64,000 bases of DNA. Origin: Bacteroidales bacterium. Its GTDB lineage: Bacteria > Bacteroidota > Bacteroidia > Bacteroidales > VadinHA17. Made by a program: the position numbers and the translations under genes. Positions 44,707-53,674 of the stretch are shown here, piece after piece. Location of the stretch: NCBI GenBank assembly GCA_963662685.1, contig OY759745.1:17752-81751 (forward strand), read 5' to 3'. The notes beneath the pieces were generated by a model, which was not told the origin of the DNA, did not search any database, and saw only the letters and a list, made by a program, of their open reading frames with translations. The number at the start of each line of letters is the position of its first letter. Position 1 is the stretch's first letter.

Positions 44707-45906
44707 TTACCTGGTTCTGGTTGACTCCCGGGAAGAAGTACTACTTGTCGATGAATTACTTCCTCTGCGGGAAGCAGGTGTGGATCCCGAAGATGATGAA
44801 CCGCTGTTTCCCGAACTAGAGGAAGATCTCCTGGTAGTAGTTGTACTTCTGCTGTCGGATGAAGAACCTCCAGCCGTCGAGCCAGTATTTTTTGATGTTG
44901 ATCTGGTTATTATTCTGCTTATTATAGAAGAGTTTCCGGTATTGTTAGATGAATTTCCTACTGAAGCAGGTTGTGTCGCTCTCCTGTTTGTAGTGGTAGT
45001 AGAGCTTCCCGAACTTCTGGTAGTTGTAGTCTGAGAACTCCTGCTGACATTTGGTGTGGTCGTTACGTTACCAGCACTTCTTGCGGAAGAAGAAGATTGT
45101 GTACTTCTGGTCGTCGCTGTTGAAGTAGTGGTGCTGCCCGCACTCCTGGTTGTTTGTGTTTGAGTAGCTGTCCTGTTAGTGGATGTCGATCCTGTAGTAG
45201 TTCTTCTTCCACCTGACTGTACTGAAACTGATTCCCTGCTGTTAACTGAATTGACTGCCTGCGTATTTCTTGGAGCGCTACTGCTTGCCGGTGCGGAAGA
45301 GACCTGTCCTGTCCCGTTTCTCCCCTGGGATGCGTTACCGGAAAGGACTGACCTGGTATATCTTGTTGGCGGTTCCGGCGCTTTGGACGTATACCTGACC
45401 GAAGGGGTATTGGTATAATGAACTCCATGTACAATAACGGGTTGCTCGTAGTAGTGCCTGTTCCATGTGTAGTAAGTTTTTGTCTTTACCTTTACCCTTA
45501 CAACTACCGGGGAGTAGGCCCTATAATAATAAGGGTCATAGTAAGGATCATAAAATCCGTAGTTATAACCGTAGTTATAACCGTAGCTATAGCCATAATT
45601 ATTACCATAATAACCGATCGCGAATACCGGATATCCGGTAAAGCCTACACCAACAACATCGTTACCGTATATGCTTACTCCCCATGTATAAGGAGAGTAT
45701 GTATACCAGTAAGACTCCGTATACATTGGCGAATAAAACGAAAACGTCGTATAAGATTTGTGAAACCTCATTATTCTGGAAGAATACGAATAATCATATA
45801 TATGGTTCGGCGACATCACTCCCACATATTCCACTCTTTGCGCCCTGGCGGCACCTCCTATCAGCATCAGAGCGGCTATCATTGTTATGTAATTTTTTGC
45901 TTTCAT
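44707..45906 (-). CDS. Secreted protein with a Tyr/Gly/Asn-rich N-terminal half and a Ser/Thr/Arg-rich low-complexity tail
   Basis: Signal peptide MIAALMLIGGAARAQ. Tyr-rich stretch: GYYGNNYGYSYGYNYGYNYGFYDPYYDPYYYRAY. A long S/T/R-rich tail follows. The architecture matches 43085-44428. Confidence 0.75.
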   Translation of the reverse strand: MKAKNYITMIAALMLIGGAARAQRVEYVGVMSPNHIYDYSYSSRIMRFHKSYTTFSFYSPMYTESYWYTYSPYTWGVSIYGNDVVGVGFTGYPVFAIGYYGNNYGYSYGYNYGYNYGFYDPYYDPYYYRAYSPVVVRVKVKTKTYYTWNRHYYEQPVIVHGVHYTNTPSVRYTSKAPEPPTRYTRSVLSGNASQGRNGTGQVSSAPASSSAPRNTQAVNSVNSRESVSVQSGGRRTTTGSTSTNRTATQTQTTRSAGSTTTSTATTRSTQSSSSARSAGNVTTTPNVSRSSQTTTTRSSGSSTTTTNRRATQPASVGNSSNNTGNSSIISRIITRSTSKNTGSTAGGSSSDSRSTTTTRRSSSSSGNSGSSSSGSTPASRRGSNSSTSSTSSRESTRTR

Positions 45907-46010
45907 GGCTCACCTCCTGTTTTGTTTAAGTTTTTGCCTATTTTTGTGACCTTGATTATTTCGCGATCTTAACGATCCAAAAAGAATAAAACAAATACTG
46001 TACCAAAATA

Positions 46011-47486
46011 ATGGCAAAATTTCTTACAAACAAGGAAGAGAATTACTCTCAGTGGTATAACGATCTGGTTATAAAGGCAGATATGGCCGAAAATTCGGCC
46101 GTACGAGGTTGTATGGTTATTAAACCTTACGGTTACGCGATATGGGAAAAAGTTCAATCTGAACTCGACAAGATGTTCAAAGCGACTGGCCATGTTAACG
46201 CTTATTTTCCCCTTTTCATCCCAAAATCTTTTCTGAGCAGGGAGGCCGACCATGTTGAGGGTTTCGCTAAAGAATGCGCCGTTGTCACGCATTACAGGCT
46301 CAAAAACGACGAAAACGGACGGGGTGTGGTTGTTGATCCCGCAGCTAAGTTGGAAGAAGAACTGATAGTCAGGCCAACATCCGAAACAATAATATGGAAC
46401 TCATACAAAAACTGGGTACACTCATACAGGGATCTTCCCTTACTGATTAATCAATGGGCAAATGTAGTTCGATGGGAAATGAGAACCCGTCTGTTTCTAC
46501 GTACAGCTGAGTTCCTGTGGCAGGAAGGACATACAGCCCACGCCACGCAAGAAGAGGCAATTGAAGAGACTCAAAAAATGATAAATGTGTATGCGGAATT
46601 CGCTGAAAATTTCATGGCTATTCCTGTAATAAAAGGCGTTAAAACAGCCAGTGAACGTTTCGCTGGAGCGCTAGATACATACACAATAGAGACTTTAATG
46701 CAGGATGGCAAGGCGCTTCAGGCCGGAACCAGCCATTTTCTCGGACAAAATTTCGCTAAAGCGTTCGATGTGCAGTTCACAGACAAATCAGGAAAGCTGG
46801 ACTATGTATGGGCAACATCGTGGGGAGTATCGACCAGACTGATAGGAGCGTTGATAATGGCACACTCTGATAACAACGGACTGGTACTTCCTCCAAATCT
46901 AGCACCCATACAGGTTGTAATTGTCCCTATATTCAAAAATCCGGAACAACTCAACGCCATCTCAAAGGAGGCAGACAAGATAAAGACCGGACTTGAATCC
47001 CTTGGTATCTCGGTAAAATATGACGACAGGGACAATAACACTCCGGGCTTTAAGTTCGCCGACTATGAACTTAAAGGTGTACCTGTTAGACTTGCCATTG
47101 GTCCACGCGATCTCGAAAACGGCACTGTTGAAGTAGCACGGAGAGATACTCTTACAAAAGAGGTGGTAAGCATGCAGGCAATCACTAATTACATCCGGGA
47201 TCTACTCAGAGAAATACAGGAGAATATTTTTAGCAAAGCCCTTAAATTCAGGAAAGAAAATATTAGTTATGTAGATTCATGGGAAGAGTTCGTAGATACC
47301 CTGAACAAAAAAGGAGGATTCATTTATGCTCATTGGGATGGAACTCCCGCAACCGAAGAAAAGATCAAGGAAATGACAAAAGCGACTATAAGGTGCATAC
47401 CTCTCGACTCGAAAGAAGAGGAGGGCAAGTGCATTCTCACGGGAAAACCATCAACCAAGAGAGTTCTGTTCGCCAGAGCGTATTAA
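46011..47486 (+). CDS. proS: Prolyl-tRNA synthetase (archaeal/eukaryotic-like type)
   Basis: [42 protein letters not shown] and [16 protein letters not shown] are class II ProRS motifs. Confidence 0.95.
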   Translation: MAKFLTNKEENYSQWYNDLVIKADMAENSAVRGCMVIKPYGYAIWEKVQSELDKMFKATGHVNAYFPLFIPKSFLSREADHVEGFAKECAVVTHYRLKNDENGRGVVVDPAAKLEEELIVRPTSETIIWNSYKNWVHSYRDLPLLINQWANVVRWEMRTRLFLRTAEFLWQEGHTAHATQEEAIEETQKMINVYAEFAENFMAIPVIKGVKTASERFAGALDTYTIETLMQDGKALQAGTSHFLGQNFAKAFDVQFTDKSGKLDYVWATSWGVSTRLIGALIMAHSDNNGLVLPPNLAPIQVVIVPIFKNPEQLNAISKEADKIKTGLESLGISVKYDDRDNNTPGFKFADYELKGVPVRLAIGPRDLENGTVEVARRDTLTKEVVSMQAITNYIRDLLREIQENIFSKALKFRKENISYVDSWEEFVDTLNKKGGFIYAHWDGTPATEEKIKEMTKATIRCIPLDSKEEEGKCILTGKPSTKRVLFARAY

Positions 47487-47594
47487 CATCATTTCCATTG
47501 TATCGTTATCAGGAATAAAAACTTTACAAACTTTTTTTTAATTTTAGCCGTTGAATTTCAGTTATCCAAAAGTAATATTTGTTGACGGTTAAGA

Positions 47595-49577
47595 TTGATT
47601 TATCGTTTTTGCATATCGTGTAGACGGGTTGTCGCGTTTTCCCTCTTTTTTTCGTTTCATCCGTTATTATTCACCGTATCCGCTCAGAGTACATGGAATA
47701 ACGTTGATAGCGGCACAAATAATAATATGGAAGGAATAAACCTGCCTGAAAATGACAGTTGTTTTATTATCAACAATATTCATGTACCCCCTCTTTTCAA
47801 AGAACCGGTAGCTGACCTTAGTCCTGTTGCCAACTTTTCTTCGTACAATACGATACAGCTATTTGATTCCCTGAAGAATGGCGCATCAAACAATACTGTA
47901 ACGAAAACGTTGTATAATCTGCTTGTTGTCTCCGAGCAACCAGGATTCTATAAATCGGTTAACAACGCCAGCAACGAAGAGTTCAATGTACATAACGGAA
48001 AAATTATCAGAAATATCAGTGTTCACGCACTAGGGCCCTATGGTCTTGACCTGACAAATATAGATATTTCGAATATCTATCAAAGCGATAATCTTTTTAA
48101 CAAAACCCATATCAACACAAAAGAAAGGAAAATAAAAGACCAGCTTTTCTTCTCCTCTGGAGATGCGGTCGATCCAATGAAGATCAGTGATAACGAACGC
48201 ACAATAAGAGACCTTCCATATATATACGACTGCAGGATAGTCCTTGTCACCTGTGCGGACAATATGGTTGACGTCGTTGTTCTGACAAAAGATGTCTACT
48301 CGCTCGGGCTATCCGTAAAAAACTACGGTACTTACACACAAGGAACTGCTTCGGTTTTTGAAAAAAATGTTTTGGGATTGGGCCATGAACTCAGCATTAA
48401 AATCCCTTATGACGCAATGGACTTAAACAACGTTAAACTTGGGAAAGGATTCAGTTATAATATAAATAATCTGTTCAAAACATTCGCCAATCTTAGAATG
48501 TCGTTTACAGACAGTATGAATATCGAAACCTACGGCGTTTCTTTAGCAAGGGGCTTTTATAATTATGCCGCTAAATATGCTGGTGGAATTTCATTATCCA
48601 GACGACAGATCAAAGAAGAACAATTATCTTTTTCTTATCCACAATATGGGAAATACGACACAAGGGATATATGGCTGTCAAGGTCATTTCTTGTTGAGGA
48701 TGAACCTGCGACAAGAATTGTACTTGGGGCCCGTTACATATATAACGATGCGATACAACGTCCCGAGATTGAACCACAATCCCACCAGTACTACCAAAAC
48801 TACCAATCAGTAATGGGATCCATTACGCTTTCTTCGCAGCGTTACCATAAAAACAATCTCATATATGCGTATGGAAGAACAGAAGATATACCATATGGAG
48901 GACAATTTACCTTTACGACGGGTAAAGAATTTGGGGAGTTCAAAGACAGGTATTATACGGGCATCACCATATCATTCGGGCAACCTATAGGAACCCTTGG
49001 TTATTTTCACTCCACGATGGGACTCGCATCATATAGCTATCAGGGTGATTGGGAACAAGGTGTATTGATAGCTGATATCAACTATATATCCAATCTTTAC
49101 TATCTTGGGGCATTCAGGATGAGAAATTTCTTAAGATTTGAACTAGTCAACGGGATCAACCGGTATCGTGATGAGTATCTTGGATTCGTGAGCGAAGATG
49201 GATTTTCAGGATTCAGGAACGATTCTATATCAGGGACTAACCGACTGAAACTAAGCTTTGAATCGGTTGTATTTGGTCCAAGGTCCTGGATGGGATTCAG
49301 ATTCGCCTACTTTGCTTTTGGCGACGTAGGATATCTTTTTGAGCCAGGAGAAGAGTTATACAACGGTAATATCCTTTCAAGTATTGGCTTGGGAATAAGG
49401 CTTAGAAACGACAATCTCGTTTTGAATACTATATCTATAAGATTATCTTACTACCCCACAATCCCAGATTATTCCAATTACAGAAATACAATACTTTCAG
49501 GAGAACATCTATTAAAACCTGACAATTTTGAGCCAATACCTCCTAGTGTTATTCCTTATTACTCAAGACAGCGATGA
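47595..49577 (+). CDS. Putative Omp85/BamA-like outer-membrane protein (TTG start, uncertain)
   Basis: Signal-like N-terminus ...FSLFFSFHPLLFTVSAQS. The C-terminal half is beta-strand-rich with aromatic alternation. The start codon at 47595 is TTG and the first in-frame ATG is far downstream. Confidence 0.45.
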   Translation: MIYRFCISCRRVVAFSLFFSFHPLLFTVSAQSTWNNVDSGTNNNMEGINLPENDSCFIINNIHVPPLFKEPVADLSPVANFSSYNTIQLFDSLKNGASNNTVTKTLYNLLVVSEQPGFYKSVNNASNEEFNVHNGKIIRNISVHALGPYGLDLTNIDISNIYQSDNLFNKTHINTKERKIKDQLFFSSGDAVDPMKISDNERTIRDLPYIYDCRIVLVTCADNMVDVVVLTKDVYSLGLSVKNYGTYTQGTASVFEKNVLGLGHELSIKIPYDAMDLNNVKLGKGFSYNINNLFKTFANLRMSFTDSMNIETYGVSLARGFYNYAAKYAGGISLSRRQIKEEQLSFSYPQYGKYDTRDIWLSRSFLVEDEPATRIVLGARYIYNDAIQRPEIEPQSHQYYQNYQSVMGSITLSSQRYHKNNLIYAYGRTEDIPYGGQFTFTTGKEFGEFKDRYYTGITISFGQPIGTLGYFHSTMGLASYSYQGDWEQGVLIADINYISNLYYLGAFRMRNFLRFELVNGINRYRDEYLGFVSEDGFSGFRNDSISGTNRLKLSFESVVFGPRSWMGFRFAYFAFGDVGYLFEPGEELYNGNILSSIGLGIRLRNDNLVLNTISIRLSYYPTIPDYSNYRNTILSGEHLLKPDNFEPIPPSVIPYYSRQR

Positions 49578-50893
49578 TAAAAGAGTTCAATAGATATATT
49601 GACACAAACAACCTGTTCGATAAAGATTCGAAGATTCTATTGACCGTCAGCGGTGGAATAGATTCAACGGTAATGGCCTACCTGACAGTAAAAAGTGGCT
49701 ATTATGCTGCCATTGCCCATTGCAATTTTGGTCTTAGGGGTAAAGAATCGGACAAGGACGAGCTATTCGTAAAATCCTTCGCATCAAATCTTTCAATCGA
49801 TTTCCACACGGTAAGGTTTGAAACTTACAGGTTCGCGAAAGAGAACAAAGTATCAATACAAGTAGCCGCAAGAAACTTAAGGTATAACTGGTTCGAAAAA
49901 CTCAGAGAAGAAATTGGATTCGACTATATTGCCGTTGCGCACAATCTGAACGATAATGTTGAGACAATACTGTTTAATCTTACAAGGGGCACAGGAATAA
50001 CGGGTCTCTCAGGAATCCGGTTAACAAATGGCAGGATTATCCGTCCCCTGTTATTCGCATCAAGGGAGTCGATCAAAGAATACGCCAGCCGGGAAAATAT
50101 ACAATTCAGAGATGATCACACTAACAGTGAGACTAAATATAGCAGGAACAAGATCAGACATCTTGTCGTTCCGGTTTTAAAGGAGATAAACCCCGCACTG
50201 GAATCAACAATTACCGAAACAGGAAACAGACTACAGGAAATTCAGGAGTATTTTGAAGGAAAGATTGAAGAAGAGAAAAAAAGATATCTTCTGCGGGAAG
50301 AAAAAGGTTTATCAATAAAAATCGAAGACATCAGACAAGTATTTTCTAACCGTTCCGTTGCTTACTGTTTTTTTAAAGAGTTTGGAATCACACCTTCACT
50401 GTTAAATGATTTACAACAAATTATCGATTCATCCAGTGGCAAACAACTCTATACCTCCTCACATCGCATTGTAAGGGACAGGGATTATATCTTCATAATA
50501 CCTGATGTCAATAAAGAGTCGCAGCAGTTTACAATAACAAAGGTTAGCGAATTCAATGCTTTGAAGTTTATAAAAGCGAAAACCGTTGTCATCGGCAAGG
50601 ATTTCAGGATTCATCATGAGAGGGAATTCGCTACCCTTGATTTATCTCTTCTTAAATTTCCTCTTATTTTGAGAACATGGAAAAGCGGAGACTTTTTTTT
50701 CCCTTTTGGCATGAAAGGAAAAAAGAAAATAAGCGACTATCTTACGGATAACAAATACCCGGTTATTACCAAAGAACGGGCTATGGTACTTGTCAGTGGC
50801 AACGACATTGTTTGGCTGGTAGGAGAAAGAATCGACAACCGTTTTGGCCTGTCGGATAAAAGCAAAGAGGCTCTTGTGTTACGATTTTATTGA
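49574..50893 (+). CDS. tilS: tRNA(Ile)-lysidine synthetase
   Basis: PP-loop LLTVSGGIDSTV, then AHCNFGLRG and VAHNLNDNVETILFNLTRG. Confidence 0.9.
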   Translation: MIKEFNRYIDTNNLFDKDSKILLTVSGGIDSTVMAYLTVKSGYYAAIAHCNFGLRGKESDKDELFVKSFASNLSIDFHTVRFETYRFAKENKVSIQVAARNLRYNWFEKLREEIGFDYIAVAHNLNDNVETILFNLTRGTGITGLSGIRLTNGRIIRPLLFASRESIKEYASRENIQFRDDHTNSETKYSRNKIRHLVVPVLKEINPALESTITETGNRLQEIQEYFEGKIEEEKKRYLLREEKGLSIKIEDIRQVFSNRSVAYCFFKEFGITPSLLNDLQQIIDSSSGKQLYTSSHRIVRDRDYIFIIPDVNKESQQFTITKVSEFNALKFIKAKTVVIGKDFRIHHEREFATLDLSLLKFPLILRTWKSGDFFFPFGMKGKKKISDYLTDNKYPVITKERAMVLVSGNDIVWLVGERIDNRFGLSDKSKEALVLRFY

Positions 50894-51856
50894 CAAAAGA
50901 TCAGCTAACGCGATATATATTGCCGATTCCAGAACAACAGGTATCCTAAGAGCTATACATGCATCATGGCGACCTTTTGCTTCAAATGGTTCCACTTTAT
51001 GGGTGGCCAGATTAAAGCTATTCTGGGTTACACTAATTGAAGAAGTAGGTTTAACCGCTACTCTGAATATGATTTCGTTTCCATTGGTTATGCCACCATT
51101 TATACCTCCGGCGTTGTTAGTTAGAGTAGTGCCCTCTCCATCTATCAAAGAATCATTATGCTTTGATCCATTCATTGTTGCCGCAGCGAATCCTGAACCG
51201 AATTCAATCCCTTTTGTCGCTGGAACAGAAAAAACCAGATGGGAAATAGCTGATTCAACAGAATAGAAAAAAGGTTCACCCAGACCTACCGGAACACCGG
51301 TAACACGACATTCAATAAGCCCACCAAGTGAATCTCCCGCATCAACAGCTTCTTCAATCGCTTTTTCTATATCGGTTCTACCTCCCACGGATAAAATCGA
51401 GGATTGAACTTTTATTTCCGAACCAACAATTTTTTTAGCAAGCACACCGGCTACAACAAGACCGTAGGTAATTCTTCCCGAGAAGTGTCCACTCCCCCTC
51501 ATATCGGCATATCCCGAAAACTTTTTTAACGCGACGAAGTCTGCGTGACCCGGACGGGGAATATCCTTAAACGTATCGTAGTCGGATGAAACTGTATTTT
51601 TATTTCTTGTACCGATCGCGATTGGGAATCCTGTTGTAACACCATTGTAAATACCGCTTAAAATCTCAGGCAGGTCGGGTTCTGCCCTTGGCGTTGTGCC
51701 CTTTCTTGTGCCGCCCCTTCTACGGGATAAAGCTTCAGAAAAATCTTCCTGGCTAACATGTATCCCGGCAGGACACCCATCAATCACGATTCCAACAAAG
51801 GGTCCGTGTGATTCTCCAAAAATTGAGACCTTAAATTTTATTCCGTATGTATTCAT
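50879..51856 (-). CDS. aroC: Chorismate synthase
   Basis: FKVSIFGESHGPFVGIVIDGCPAG, RPGHADF and GRHDACI. It overlaps the 3' end of convergent tilS by 15 nt. Confidence 0.9.
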   Translation of the reverse strand: MNTYGIKFKVSIFGESHGPFVGIVIDGCPAGIHVSQEDFSEALSRRRGGTRKGTTPRAEPDLPEILSGIYNGVTTGFPIAIGTRNKNTVSSDYDTFKDIPRPGHADFVALKKFSGYADMRGSGHFSGRITYGLVVAGVLAKKIVGSEIKVQSSILSVGGRTDIEKAIEEAVDAGDSLGGLIECRVTGVPVGLGEPFFYSVESAISHLVFSVPATKGIEFGSGFAAATMNGSKHNDSLIDGEGTTLTNNAGGINGGITNGNEIIFRVAVKPTSSISVTQNSFNLATHKVEPFEAKGRHDACIALRIPVVLESAIYIALADLLSIKS

Positions 51857-52896
51857 TTTTCCTTGTTTTTTAAAAATCTGGAATAAAAACCTACCAACTC
51901 ATCTATCGAGATTTTTTCGATCACAGATTTTCCGACATCCTCTATCAAAACAAAATGGATACCATTACCCGATTTTTTCTTGTCCCTTGAGATCAGTTCC
52001 CGCATATTTTCTGCCGTAATCTCATATTCGGGCACAATATCATAAAGTTCAAGTAAATTAAGTGCCCTATTCATTACCTCCTGGCTGAGTAAACCCTTTT
52101 CAAAAGATAAATGTATAGCAAGTTCCATGCCCGCGGCGACAGCGAATCCGTGCTGAAAATGGTTAGCCATCTCTATGGGGTGACCATAAGTATGTCCAAA
52201 ATTAAGCACCCGTCGGATACCGGCCTCTTTTTCGTCTTCAGCGACTACCGATGCCTTGAATTTTATTGTCCGTGATACCGCACTTGTTAGTAGTTCTTTA
52301 TCCCTGTCAAAAAAAGCTGCTTGATTTTTTTCGGTGATTTCAATCAAATCGGCATCACCAATAAAACCTATTTTAAGCATCTCGGCCAAACCCGACAAAT
52401 ACTCATTATCAGGCAATGTTCCTAACATAGTTGTATCACAGATTACGAACTCAGGCTGTCTGAACGTACCAATAACATTTTTGTAAAGTCCCGCATCAAC
52501 ACCGTTTTTCCCACCAACGCTGGCATCGATTTGAGATAGAAGAGAAGATGAGACAAAACCAAACCTGATCCCCCTCAGGTAAATAGAAGCGACAAAACCC
52601 GCGATATCACAAACAACCCCACCGCCTATACCCAAAATAAAACATGAACGATCCGCTCCCAACTTTAAAAGCTCATCAACTATTCTTCCTGCCATCGATA
52701 ATGTTTTACTTCCCTCTCCCGGAGGTATTTTTATTACAGGGAAATCAGGAAAATCGGGACCGTATATATCATATACATTATCATCGGTCAAAATTACCAC
52801 ACCACTCCCGGGCAACATTTTAACCACCGCCTGCCATTTCCCTCCCACAACTATAGCTGAAACTGAACTTTCAGTGTTGATTACAATCTTTTCCAT
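51853..52896 (-). CDS. aroB: 3-dehydroquinate synthase
   Basis: LGIGGGVVCDIAGFVAS and NFGHTYGHPIE. It has a 4-nt overlap with aroC. Confidence 0.9.
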   Translation of the reverse strand: MEKIVINTESSVSAIVVGGKWQAVVKMLPGSGVVILTDDNVYDIYGPDFPDFPVIKIPPGEGSKTLSMAGRIVDELLKLGADRSCFILGIGGGVVCDIAGFVASIYLRGIRFGFVSSSLLSQIDASVGGKNGVDAGLYKNVIGTFRQPEFVICDTTMLGTLPDNEYLSGLAEMLKIGFIGDADLIEITEKNQAAFFDRDKELLTSAVSRTIKFKASVVAEDEKEAGIRRVLNFGHTYGHPIEMANHFQHGFAVAAGMELAIHLSFEKGLLSQEVMNRALNLLELYDIVPEYEITAENMRELISRDKKKSGNGIHFVLIEDVGKSVIEKISIDELVGFYSRFLKNKEK

Positions 52897-52948
52897 TCTA
52901 AAAATAAAAACGTAAAAATAACTATCTTTCGCGCATTTCCATCTATTT

Positions 52949-53587
52949 ATGACTTTAAAAGAGAGATACGATTTTGTAATTAGGTATTTTGAAGAGACGA
53001 GACCTGTCGCCGAAACTGAACTAAATTACAATAATCCATTTGAACTGACAGTCGCTGTAATCCTTTCGGCCCAATGTACAGATAAGAGGGTCAACAGTAT
53101 AACTCCGGTACTTTTTAAAAGATTCCCTGATCCCGCAACCATGGCGAAAGCCGATCCTTCGGAGATATTTGAGTCCATTAAGTCGTGCTCTTACCCCAAT
53201 AGTAAAGCAAAATACCTTTCGGGTATGTCCAGAATGTTAATAACTGAGTTCTATGGAATTGTACCATCTGAAAGAAACGACTTGGAGCGCCTTCCGGGAG
53301 TAGGAAGAAAAACCGCAAACGTAATTTCTTCTGTCGTTTTCAAAAAACCTTATATGGCTGTCGACACTCATGTATTCAGGGTATCCGCTAGAATAGGCCT
53401 GACCAACAACGTAAAAAACCCCTTGGAAGCGGAAATACAACTCACAAAACATTTTCCCGAAAAAATAATGGTTAAGGCGCATCATTGGCTGATACTACAT
53501 GGAAGATATGTATGTAAAGCTAAAAAACCAGAATGTGACAACTGTGGATTGGCAAAATGTTGTAAATTTTATCTGGAAACCCGTTAA
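52949..53587 (+). CDS. nth: Endonuclease III
   Basis: HhH-GPD motif LPGVGRKTANV and the 4Fe-4S cluster loop CKAKKPECDNCGLAKCC. Confidence 0.9.
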   Translation: MTLKERYDFVIRYFEETRPVAETELNYNNPFELTVAVILSAQCTDKRVNSITPVLFKRFPDPATMAKADPSEIFESIKSCSYPNSKAKYLSGMSRMLITEFYGIVPSERNDLERLPGVGRKTANVISSVVFKKPYMAVDTHVFRVSARIGLTNNVKNPLEAEIQLTKHFPEKIMVKAHHWLILHGRYVCKAKKPECDNCGLAKCCKFYLETR

Positions 53588-53674
53588 AAAAAACATATCT
53601 TTATCATCTTCAAATAATTTAACCACAGGCGAAACAACTTGACTCTGAAAAGCGGCCTCTTTAAGATAATCAAA

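Noticed and set aside
43102-45972. Many ORFs on both strands overlapping the two low-complexity genes (for example 43366-43767, 43521-43856, 43816-44283, 44696-45034, 45063-45434, 45418-45972)
   Set aside because: Repetitive Ser/Thr/Tyr codon runs keep several frames open. Only the frames with signal peptides at the N-terminus (43085-44428 and 44707-45906) look like genuine genes.
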